Positions 50,001 through 58,358 of a stretch of DNA of 64,000 nt are shown piece by piece. This DNA is from Botryllus schlosseri (lineage: Eukaryota): positions 15,624,001 through 15,688,000 of the forward strand of contig CM119371.1 in assembly GCA_051294905.1 (NCBI GenBank), read 5' to 3'. The position numbers were made by a program, and so were the translations under genes. Positions within the stretch are counted from its first letter, which is position 1. Every line of letters starts with the position of its first letter. Under the pieces are notes generated by a model. That model made no database searches. It worked only from the letters and a program-made list of their open reading frames with translations, and was not told where the DNA came from.

Positions 50001-53000
50001 CCCACATGCGGATCGCTAATTTCAGTCTCTAATCTGGGAGAGTTGAGACTGCTCTTGCATACGGATGGTAATATGAATTTTATCACCCAACAAGAATTTC
50101 TGCTAAGCATGTGATTATAAGTTTGAATAATAGACGAACGGGGTTACCTACGAGATTGCACGTGACAAATGTATAGCTATACATGGGCTATTTAGCCCGG
50201 TCGTAATGACGATTTCACAAATAAAGATGATGCAAACGTTCCCCAAAACTATTTCCTAGATGACAAAATTGAATGTGCGAGAAATATGTAGCTTTGCTTA
50301 ACAACTGAAACTGTAACCGCTAGAGTATAACTACTGAAAGAAAATAAACCTATACTTGCGCACTCCGAAAAGCAGAATTACTTCGTTATTCGCCTCTGCG
50401 GCACACTCGCTATGAAATAGTACCAATAATACTGAATAGGTTTCAACACGTTTCCAGACCAACGCGGGTGCTTCGCTCCGAACGAATTGGGCAATTGTGA
50501 AACTCTGTCCAAGTATTTCTGCAGCAACACCAACGCATTCCACTGCTGCAAAGGGGATAATTGCAATAGCGAAGATCCGCTGCTGAACTGGGGTGATATA
50601 TTGTTTGTTTGTTTGTTTTGTGGTATTCATGGTGTTTGTCGACTACTATGGTCATTTATACATCAGGCAAATATCCTTCAATTTTCCGTGACTGCCGACT
50701 TATATCACGGCCCACACATCTGCGGTTAAAGTTCGCATAAGCACCAAATTTCCGATAACTTCTGGTGCGAACAAACACAGAAGCACTATGTATGACTGAT
50801 ACAAATGCGATTATTTGATATTTTCAATGACCAGCACTATGATTGCATCCTCTACATAGATAGAAGGTTAATGTAACGATAAATCAACCAAGAGGCAGTG
50901 ATATGACTAGCAGCGACTTAGGATGATACTAAAGAGCTTCTTGGAGGTGCAGAACTCCAATATACAATTGAATAGTATATTCATAATGAAATGAACCCGT
51001 GATGCGCTGGGAGAAAAACTCACCCTTGATTCATCCCCTGAAACCTGATTCAGAACAGGCAAAGGTCATGAATTCTGCCATTGGTAAGAATTGGTTAGAT
51101 AATCTTGTTTGTGTGAAAGCTTATGCTTATCGAGACGACAAATTTCATTCGCATCGTCAGGAGAAGCCGTTCGCACTTTCATTGGTGTGTCTTGTAGTCG
51201 ACATTTTTCAAAATACGCCAGCCAAGTCTGTACCAACAAACGGAGTTCGTGTACCATCTAAAACAGTGCATTCAGATTAAGCACTCTCTTCGCCATGATT
51301 GTTTGAAATTTCATGCCGCTGACGCAATACTTTGTGATATGATTGTTTACCTACCACTATGTTCCTTTCCATTCTCTACTAATTGCTGACGATTACCCTG
51401 ACGAGTGTCAGCCGAAAATATTCGAATTCATTTCAATATGAATACACTATTCAATAGGACGATACTCTTGTTGAATGCTTTTCAATGTAAAAATGACGCT
51501 CGAAAACGTATGTGAGTATTTAAGATTTTGCTATCGCACGTTCGGCACGAATATTACTGTTATATATATAAGCATTTGGTGCGGAGCTATCCTGATACAT
51601 ACATCTCTGGCCTATATATTGTGATCAAGGGAATAGACCCAGATCCCGGCCGATGAGGATATGTTAAGTTGGAAGTATCTAAAACTGAAGCAGGTATGGA
51701 TTCACTCGCACTGCAGCATGACTTTGATCGATATATTGTGATGTAATATACAAAACTGTTGTTCAGTAACATCTGTTTAAATACCTATATATTTGTTATA
51801 ACGTCATGACAGTTTTATTCGACGTGGAAGAAAGTATTTCTTTGGTGAAATTCAACATGGCTTTGGTAACAAACATTTTATGCTCCGACTGCCAATTGTT
51901 CCCTACATCTATCCGCAGCTGCAATTTCAACATTTACGATGGGTCTCAGAAAATCAAAGACCACGTAATCCTGAGTGAGGTCATGCTTAATACAAACTTT
52001 AAGTATTGTACGTACACCCGATATAGCCCAACAAACACTTCTTAACGATCGCTCACTAATGAAATATCAACTCCTGTGCTGAAGTGAAACATCACCATTG
52101 TGTACTCATCGTTTTAAAAGCTCCGAAGATACCAACAAACTTGGTGAGTTACGTGACTGATTCGTCGGTTGAGCTGTCGTGGGATCCCGTCTGCATTGGA
52201 GATTATCGTTATGACGTTGAATATGCAAAATTGCTGGGCGGAACAACTGCAGGTCAAGACCATACAACAGTTGCAGCATACACGAACGCGGTGAGTAGGC
52301 ATATATGTGTATTTGCTACTACGCAGTTGCGAGAAAGTCAATCACTAAAAACTTGATGGAATCTGTCCTGCAGCTTCGCAACGGTTTCAAGTAGTCGAAT
52401 GGAGTATTGACCGCAACGATTATAATCGAGTAGCTCGAGTGGGCATTTTCCAATGCCGAAGTTATGACCCTTCCGCCTAGGAATTTTTTGCCGTATCGAC
52501 GCTTATATCCCACCTTGAGACTATAGTTGAGCCATTTACTGACCACCCCTGACTGTTAGTCCTAGTTCCAATCCAGTAAAGCCGGATATTCGTAGCGGAC
52601 AGAAACCATGCTTTAGCGATACATCACATATATTTACCAGATCGAAGTCGGTTCTCTGGAGTCCGGAACTTCGTACCTTTTCTGGGTGAGAACATATCAC
52701 GGCGGAGTTTTCAGTGAGGCGCAGGCTGTCGAGGCCTCAACACTTGCGACACCATCAACAACAGGTCTGTGAAATAAGATAGGGTGAAGACATCCCACGA
52801 GAAGTTGTCGTGCCGGTGTTTTGGAAGCATTCAGCTGTCAATGTTTCTTAACCCTAGTGTTTCGTGGAGGTCAAGTCACACACTCAACTCATAGACATGA
52901 TTTGTATGATACATATATGATACGACCGTCTTGGCCATCATTAGTTGCAGGCAATTAGGCACGACCAGTAACAGAATATTGATTGTTGTGGTATAAGTCG

Positions 53001-56000
53001 TGTGTAGTGGGAGTGGCGCACGCGGGAAAAGTTAGGGTTCGAAACCGAAACCACGACCTTCTGAAATGCCAATTCTATCTCCAATATTTACAAGCAATCT
53101 AATTAAGATACTGGTATTACGCTGTTACGTTTCGGTCGACCAATACAATAATACTTTCCAAGGTGAAGCCTCGCATTTAAACACCCTGTTGTTGCACAGG
53201 TCATTTTGTACACCAGTTATCTATGGTAACGTATTAGATGTCTAGTAAGATGTGTATTGTGGTGGGTTCTTGTATTCATGAAAATTTGGGGTTCCGCGAA
53301 GGCTTGCAGATTAACGTGAGTGTTCCGCGGGTTTCTAATGGTTAAGAACCACTGACTTATATACAGAGGTAGTTAAAATGGTCAGCGATGCCAATCAAAT
53401 AGAAGTTGAAGTAACGCTGAAAATTTTAACTCCGTTACAAGTTGCTATTTCCAAGACATGTCAACATTACTTTGAGTGGGAGTAAAAAATGAATGGCCTG
53501 AAAATCACCAGGGTTTGCATATATAATAATTAGGGCAAGTTTTTGCAACTTTTTTTACAGCTTCCGGCAGCTTCCTAAATACTCGTAAGATATGTAGAAT
53601 GCTGTTTCAAGCTGATTGAAGGAATCTTATAGCGAAACTTTTTGCAACTTTTGTCCATTTCTTTCATGCAACTTTTTGCAACATTTTGCAACGTTCTCGA
53701 TTTTTCATGAAAGTATTTTCGATTCTGGTGAAATACACGGCCAAATTCGACTGAAACACCGTAAATCAGCACCGAAGTAAGGCTTTGACGGGTATTTCGG
53801 GAGCTGAGCCGGAAAATTGACCTTTTTTTAGTCAATCTGGGAAGTTTACCTTTTTTTTTAGTCAACCGAGCAAAATGTGGTCAAAATGCAACTTCTGCAA
53901 CTTTTTTCAATAATAAATGCAACTTTCCACGGATTTAACTGCAACAAAAACTTGCCCAAATTTATAATATGTAAAATACTACATTTAGCTGTTAATCGGA
54001 GATGGGTACTTTCGGAATTACAGGTTGCATCTGCACGGATAACGTAAAATCATTAGTGGCAGTACAAATAGATTTAATCTTCGAAGTATATTGTAATTGG
54101 CTGTCCCAATTCCGTTGTGCGCGAAAGCGTAAATAGGTCACTCTCGAAGCCACAACCGTGACGGCACAGGCAGTCTGCGACGCACGTGTTCTCAGAGCCC
54201 GCATATTGAGGTCGGCACGCTCGCGCTTCAGTCGTAAGATAGACAATTGGCTCCATTTCGCTTCATTTATTCTTTCTATTTCTTATTGAACCGCAGTATC
54301 ATTTGAACCTGATAAATCTACAAGTTTCTGACCACTATTACTACTATTTGGCTGTTATGTTCTATAAAAGAAAGTTACTTTGATCTGCGTGTGTGATCAG
54401 GATTGCAAGAGTACTCAGAGCGGTCATCAGTCAGTCAACTAGTGCGTACAACGGGAACTGTAGCTGTAGCGTCGACTCCAATCAGGCACTATACCAGCGT
54501 GTCTTGCAACAAGTCGTTGCAGCGACATCTACATATATTCTGATGCCGTGATACATCGTCTATTTCATGACATTCTTGTGGTAATGTCACTCTTGAGAGT
54601 GATGCAAACCTATCCAGAGGTACCTTCTACTTTCCAAATCCAAATAGCAATAATTAAGTCATTTTTCCTAAGCAATGTTCAATAAAAGTGGTATTCCGCT
54701 GAAATATAATTGTGACGCACATCGTGTACGGAGGATATCTATCTGACAACCTGCATGCGGATAAGTAAGTTTGTTTGTGGTATTCATGGTTTTCGTCGAC
54801 TACTATGGTCATTTACACCATGCCGATATTCTTCATTTTATTCCGTAGCTGCCGACATGTAGCACTGCCCACTTTTATGCGGTTATAAGACACCGCTTAA
54901 ACCAGTGGTTCCCAACGTTCCCCCCCCCCAGGGGGCGATTTGGCGGTCTAGCGGGGCGAAAATGACGAAGGGGGCGATAGGGGGGCGAAAACGGACAAAG
55001 GGGGCGACGAGGGGCGAAAATAGCAAAGGGGGCGATAGGGGGGCGATGACGCGTTAAAATGATGGCTATATTTGAGTCAAGTCGGAGAAATGACCTTTTT
55101 TTTTAGTCATGCCACGAAAATTCAGTTGCAAAAGTGTAAAATTCGCCATCGAACGGCAAAGTTGACCTTTTTTTTTTAGTCAACCCGCCTGTGATTACAG
55201 TTTGTATACCGATTTTTCGGTTCACAAAATTTGGGGGGCGATGATTGGAGTTGAGCTTGAAAAGGGGGCGATGAGTCGAATAAGGTTGGGAACCACTGGC
55301 TTAAACCAAGGACGGGCAACATACGGCCCGCGGGCCGGATCCGGCTCGCGAAGGGATTTTGACCGGCCCGCGGAGAGTTTCTACCGTGAAAGTGAAATTC
55401 TAATCTGAAAGTACTATTGGATAGTATATTCATATTGAAATTAACCCGAATATTTTCGGCTGACACTCGTCACGGGTAATCGTCAGCAGCCAGTAGAGAA
55501 TGGGAAAGAACATTGTATGTCAACAATCGTAGAAAACGTGCATCACGCTCGTTGAAAAGCTCGCCCATGACTCATCCGCTCAAGATTGATGCTGAGCCAT
55601 TAAAGTTTAGAAACTATGCCGCTGGCAAGCATTTGTTGGATAATCCCGCTTGTGCAAAAAATTATCGAGACGACAGATTTCGCGTCATCGGAAGGGGTGG
55701 TTCACACTTTCATCTGTGTGCCTTGGAGTGGACCTTCATCAAAATACATCAGCCCAGGCTTTGTCTACAGAAGGAGTTCGTGTACCATCTTAAAATGGTA
55801 CATTGAACGCTCTCTTATTTGAGATGATATTCCAAGCAGGGAACGTCATATTTTGTGATACGATTGTTGATATACACTGTTCTTTCCAATTCTCTACTAG
55901 TTGCGGACGATTACCCCTGACGAGCGTCAGCCGAAAATATTCAGGTACATTTCAATATGAATATACTATTCTATTGTATATTGAAGTTCTGTACCACCAA

Positions 56001-57980
56001 GAAGCTCTTTAATCTGAAAGTATTGACAAATTTTATGCGTCACAGAATTCATCCAAGTTTGCCAATCTGGGAAAGATGGATATGAAACTACTTGCTTTGT
56101 TCGGGTATACATATATTTTCGACCGTGGACATTAACGACACAAGGCTACGTTCCAATATAACTGATGTCAATGTACATTGTACAGTCTTCACGAAGGGTT
56201 TCTACATACAACATGCAACCAGCTTCCAAAGAACTTGTTGACAACTTTGACCGGCCACAGATGTCCGATTGACTTCAACAGCTAATAAATTCATTAAATA
56301 GGCTACTGTTTTGGTGTTTATGCTTTAAACTTGATGTTGACATTATATACGATTTATTCCTTATATTGGTGGATAAATACGCGATTAATGCAGATATTCT
56401 GTAATCTGGCCCGCCAAGTGCTTCATTTTCCCATATCCGGCCCGCCGACCACAGAAGTTGCTCGCCCCTGGCTTAAACGGATGAGGTGGCGAGGAGGAGC
56501 CCAGATAAACCACCAGCTCTTACGTAGGAATTCTTACAAGGATAAGCAAGTAATTCCTGCAATTCCATTCCAGGGGCAAAGTGCTGGGAAACCGATAGGT
56601 ATTTCGAAGCTGAAAATTACTTGAAGACATGTCCTAATTCCGGTGACTGGTGTTTCACGCAAGCCGAATACTTCGCGAACACTTCGGAACGGTATTATAT
56701 ATATGGTTCGTCGTGTCAGTACGCGATTGGCGCAAATATTTTGAAGAGTAAAGTTATTCGCCTGTGTTGTTTTTCATGACGAAGTGCGAATTGTTGCTCA
56801 AGTCGAAGTAGAAGTAACGCGACAAATTTCTACTCTACGACAAGTATATGCTTCGATAAAATTAGCAATATCGAAGACACGGCAAACTATACTTCATGTA
56901 GTAGAAAATGGTGATCTGAAATGTACTCGAGCACGTATATCTTAAAAGTAGATTTGATATAGTTGGTTGCATACTTTTAACAGTTAATCGGAATTGCAAG
57001 ATGTATCTTTCCCTCTATCGTCATTTCGATAATTTTTTTATCAAATCAATACACCACGATATCGTAATATAAGGAGAAGATAAAGAAGTGGTGCCGAAAC
57101 AACTTGGAGCAGTCTTTTAATCAGACATCCAGTGGTCTACAGCGTGTATAAATAAGAGGCATGCACACTGTATTTCAGAATGGATAACATGTAACGAATC
57201 AAGATGATCAGACACTCTACGAAATTATACTCTGTTACCTAGACACGGTAGGGATGACGCCGAGTTGTCATTACAATTCCGTTCGTAAAAGTGGTGCAAG
57301 CTTATCCCAAAACTAATTTCTACTTTATAAAATCTAAAGTGTCGATAGTAAGTAGTATTTCCACAAAAAAATTTTTCGAATAGAGGTATTAGTATTCTCA
57401 AAGCATAACCACTCGAGTATCGAATAAATTAGAAGCACTTCGTTACTGGTCACCTCTGAGTGGGTTAACCATTCTCATCGGCCATGAAATTAAAACACTA
57501 CTAGTTAAATCGTCAATACATTGATCACGAGAGAAACTTTACTATAGCTATCAGCAAAACCGAATGGTGAACTATTTCGTAATTTGTTCGACATATTCAG
57601 GCTTCATTCGAGAGGTTGCATGAGCGAATCTGATTGTCAGAAATACGTGGCATCCAATGACAAGGCTTGCAAGCCTGGAGAGATCGGGACGGTGTGCCAC
57701 TTTTGCTGTAAAGGGCAATACTGTAATACAGTCGAGTGGACCTACTCTGGTAAGTACACTCTTTCTGTCCATTGATACCATGAAAAGTATCAGTTGCTAC
57801 ATCTAATATGCGTCTACCTACAATGTACATGTTTCCCGACAGGATTAACCTGCGAAAATATACCCGTCGAGGAACGTCTACAATGCGGACGGAGCGATAT
57901 GCCTATAGCGGCTTGTCTGCAACATGGGTGTTGCTACGTGCCGTCCAATGATACAACGGCGTGGTGTCATCACGGAAAAT
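37966..57980 (+). CDS. Multi-exon gene for a secreted/cell-surface mosaic protein: signal peptide - LU - FN3 - LU - trefoil (8 exons found, 344 codons, 3' end not found)
   Basis: Exons 37966-38041, 41298-41420, 50458-50592, 52121-52290, 52641-52764, 56574-56691, 57601-57749 and 57843-57980. All introns are GT-AG; phases 1,1,1,0,1,2,1 splice into one stop-free frame. Confidence 0.8.
38923..40963. mobile_element. CAGTGGTTCTCAACC-family hAT element nested in copy 2
   Basis: Ends CAATGGTTCTCAACC and GGTTGAGAACCACTG; perfect TSD GTTTAAAA (38915-38922, 40964-40971); GGCGGACCGG subterminal motifs. Confidence 0.85.
40393..40631 (-). mobile_element. Full-length tRNA-derived SINE
   Basis: Minus strand has A box TAGCGCAGTGG (40607-40617), B box GGTTCGAATCC (40563-40573), a tRNA-unrelated body and a (CAAA)n tail. 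10-bp TSD GATTTAAAGT (40383-40392, 40632-40641). Confidence 0.85.
41298..41420 (+). CDS. Mosaic gene exon 2: first half of LU (three-finger) domain 1
   Basis: Acceptor ATTTCAG; (G)EAVSCYVCTATTLPYLCFPMECSSGASCFTQAWIENGQRY; donor GTATGT. Confidence 0.85.
43459..43615 (-). mobile_element. Diverged copy of the same SINE 3' region
   Basis: GTAGTCATGGTATTTGTCGACTACTATGATCATTTACA matches the SINE 3' end. Confidence 0.65.
45067..48417 (-). CDS. Retrotransposon ORF2: APE endonuclease + reverse transcriptase + C-terminal Zn knuckle (likely start MKISS at 48360)
   Basis: APE motifs SINVNGI, VQETH, GGDFN, RIDRLY, DH; RT motifs KSPGPDG, WRPISLLN, DASKAFD, GIRQGCPLS, FADD; C-terminal CKLC....ETLHHIYTEC. 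No stops over 1116 codons. Confidence 0.97.
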   Translation of the reverse strand: MIPTAPQTQIPLIPQQYPTMKISSINVNGISARLDDLAEYIKKSKMDILLVQETHKMDYSQVESWAKKLGYTIYTNTTNARRQYHGTAILIKKELQGKTFRHTILIRNRAQRLDIEIDNCPVSVINIYAPSGSSPRKEDARLSFFTQIRDELTNIMTPIIIGGDFNEIMNKRDSQDKSRFLRKPTTRLLEDIVIENDLVDSFRSKRKRAEEFTHITHQNSRRIDRLYVTNELMKYVTYAGHENNYVADHISPLIQLNIEPETKWKKKKWKCNYQLLDDNVYKDIIDNLVKTEEAEIWKSQTIQEWWDLLKSKIANVSKRYGINKNKNIDNTIRYQQSEGILKMLTRCDVFEGEKPNQRQFWQQFRQRKETADLKKIRLKDGTISTERDKIANEIQSFYTDLWKGRPANNQAARMEYLSGYNIPGTQQQQHERNISPIQQEEVLQVIKGMNREKSPGPDGITVEFYLALWKSIGRRLTQIVNNAIMFSKLPKSWNQARTILIHKGKEKTELKNWRPISLLNVDYKIMATILNNRLTQEIETSINKSQKAGLPGGKMDTIHNNVAAILRYQAEKRTEGYIMTIDASKAFDKVDHNMLFEILDKLPLSHQVLNTIKAIYRDPKAMIEVNGYEVANIAYTRGIRQGCPLSMTLYAISADPLARRIETNHDIKSLRIGGIEHKIDQFADDITLYISSIESITEVFNEFSRLYRVTGQDINADKTEILPTNERSKQLLQGSRHAQYAKTTIKILGIFHGEKARDTNFDKLMGSVKKSANNIKRQRLTWIGKMKAINAYIVSKITYIYFPYQIQKQQQKQLERIVYDILWSPESLEQKSRHTLIRPKEMGGIGMPDIESAIRARKAKRLQEIARLDQPKEIWHAEAVYSLGTKVRTINSALYNNSCPHRPTPTYNWQCEKVTYDILQQDLEEAHNAPPKAIYESLIKEKTEHKDEEVENWMRIWLYQPSIKHYATNREREISYRITTESYFTGSRKKQAGWTANRQGATLKNNCKLCKNPIETLHHIYTECPTYRKIFYIILDVVENALRADIFTNPKEIYHNRYDGPHEAAVTKAFLIMKTEIWKWKTALDILNQYASDADIDNRISQLRKRIRTETPRISR
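48341..49642 (-). CDS. Retrotransposon ORF1 (gag-like nucleic-acid-binding protein with two CCHC knuckles), 433 aa
   Basis: CYRCKATSHIVKDC and CKKCRTKGHIETEC knuckles; low-complexity S/D/E/K-rich C-terminus; overlaps the ORF2 start. Confidence 0.9.
   Translation of the reverse strand: MQTVDTMDILPNTMDILPAKNGNYAAAAGKVPLKDRNYQHARPRSLFVKGPENIDWDTVYDELKCSKIISECVEDLEMLYEIRRGIWVATFYNDKDGKNIRDMIYEKLKKNPEARHFENISIELPRLPATHLIIRGIPAETTKATVEATVNSYCFGKTANMTRVYRKNTNIYNGYTNVWVEDFNKEYLPKYLIIDGYTCHVKTAEDMYTKKCYRCKATSHIVKDCPIPAEPYCKKCRTKGHIETECEEQTVPKEANQQQPALANFINEVQKRNRLPATSAPPKIDARTERRQRTTDWWNEIAKAPAIPPRKKDTKQPVAKVNADAKKQTAHTVDKLNTEEKEIQETPTSPPSEEGEGDQTICTIRVDENENDFECDSIISETSKRAHSSTDSEPKPLEKKSKKREDSPSDTDSSSDTDTSNSTTIPHNENIIH
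50458..50592 (+). CDS. Mosaic gene exon 3: second half of LU domain 1
   Basis: Acceptor TTTCCAG; (Y)QRGCFAPNELGNCETLSKYFCSNTNAFHCCKGDNCNSEDPLLNW with the CCxxxxCN LU signature; donor GTGATA is non-consensus. Confidence 0.85.
50602..50740 (-). mobile_element. 5'-truncated SINE copy directly behind the exon 3 donor
   Basis: (TTTG)n tail followed by TGGTATTCATGGTGTTTGTCGACTACTATGGTCATTTA, as in 40393-40631. Confidence 0.8.
51060..51460 (+). mobile_element. Penelope-like element 3' fragment (GIY-YIG C-terminus + 3' UTR)
   Basis: SAIGKNWLDNLVCVKAY...RDDKF (frameshifted) and DNA homology to 55590-55975. Confidence 0.7.
52121..52290 (+). CDS. Mosaic gene exon 4: first half of FN3 domain
   Basis: Acceptor TTTTAAAAG; (A)PKIPTNLVSYVTDSSVELSWDPVCIGDYRYDVEY...; donor GTGAGT. 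Confidence 0.85.
52641..52764 (+). CDS. Mosaic gene exon 5: second half of FN3 domain plus short T/S linker
   Basis: Acceptor TTTACCAG; IEVGSLESGTSYLFWVRTYHGGVFSEAQAVEASTLATPSTT (L.PGT.Y.F.V.A-type motif); donor GTCTGT. Confidence 0.8.
53510..53975. mobile_element. MITE-like element with TAGGGCAAGTTTTTG-type inverted ends
   Basis: ATAATAATTAGGGCAAGTTTTTGCAAC vs GCAACAAAAACTTGCCCAAATTTATAAT; internal GCAACTTTT repeats; TSD not resolved. Confidence 0.5.
54769..54894 (-). mobile_element. SINE copy interrupted by two tandem MITEs
   Basis: SINE 3' sequence up to TAAGACACCGC. The sequence after 56478 (GGATGAGGTGGCGAGGAGG) matches the continuation seen in the 43459 copy (GGATTAGGTGGCGAGGAG). Confidence 0.7.
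54903..55298. mobile_element. hAT-type MITE (GGGGCGA subterminal repeats)
   Basis: TIR CAGTGGTTCCCAAC; perfect TSD GCTTAAAC (54895-54902, 55299-55306). Confidence 0.88.
55407..55980 (+). mobile_element. Penelope-like 3' fragment with an inverted copy of its own 3' end
   Basis: AAGKHLLDNPACAKNYRDDRFRVIGRGGSHFHLCALEWTFIKIHQPRLCLQKEFVYHLK is the C-terminal motif of PLE GIY-YIG domains; about 55407-55535 is the reverse complement of about 55855-55975. Confidence 0.8.
55911..55947 (+). ncRNA. Candidate minimal type I hammerhead ribozyme in the Penelope 3' UTR
   Basis: TTACCC-CTGACGA-GCGTCAGCC-GAA-AATATT-C-AGGTA: CUGANGA and GAAA cores, palindromic stem III, UUC triplet; the 1.1 pair is mismatched in this copy. 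Related copies at 51393-51428 (+) and 55441-55480 (-). Confidence 0.5.
56574..56691 (+). CDS. Mosaic gene exon 6: first half of LU domain 2
   Basis: Acceptor TTCCATTCCAG; (G)AKCWETDRYFEAENYLKTCPNSGDWCFTQAEYFANTSE(R); donor GTATTA; the phase-2 end matches exon 7. Confidence 0.75.
57601..57749 (+). CDS. Mosaic gene exon 7: second half of LU domain 2
   Basis: Acceptor ATATTCAG; LHSRGCMSESDCQKYVASNDKACKPGEIGTVCHFCCKGQYCNTVEWTYS; donor GTAAGT. Confidence 0.88.
57843..57980 (+). CDS. Mosaic gene exon 8: trefoil (P-type) domain
   Basis: Acceptor TTTCCCGACAG; (G)LTCENIPVEERLQCGRSDMPIAACLQHGCCYVPSNDTTAWCHHGK, six Cys in trefoil spacing with R..CG, GCC and WC; donor GTAAGA. Confidence 0.9.
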
Positions 57981-58358
57981 GTAAGATATCCTCACATGCA
58001 CTTCGTTGTAGCCAAGTAGGTTGCCAAAGTATGTACGGGCGACATTGAATCACAGCCGATTTGAATAGGAACGGAGTCAGAGGTGATCAGTAACAAAGAA
58101 CGCCATTTTTTTGGTGGGGGGGGGGGGGTACTGGCGTAGGTTTAGCCTAGACAGTACATCTGATACTTAATGCTTGGATAACTGCTTCGTGGTACAAAAC
58201 TAAAGATTGCCTTCATCAGAATATCCATGGTAATAGTAGGCCTAAATTAATTATCACCTGAAGAATTTCCGGGTGGATTTGTTCAAGAGTTATCACCACA
58301 GTAAAGGGATTCAAACAGATACAAAAGTGAAACCAATATGGTATTGTATGACGTAACC

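Larger units (their letters stand above)
55307..56470. mobile_element. hAT-type MITE carrying a nested Penelope fragment
   Basis: Ends CAAGGACGGGCAAC and GTTGCTCGCCCCTG; flanked by GCTTAAAC at 55299-55306 and 56471-56478. Confidence 0.8.

Noticed and set aside
53150-54600. Extra exons of the mosaic gene (candidates at about 53162 and 54390)
   Set aside because: They give wrong phases or in-frame stops; exon 5 splices cleanly to exon 6 without them.
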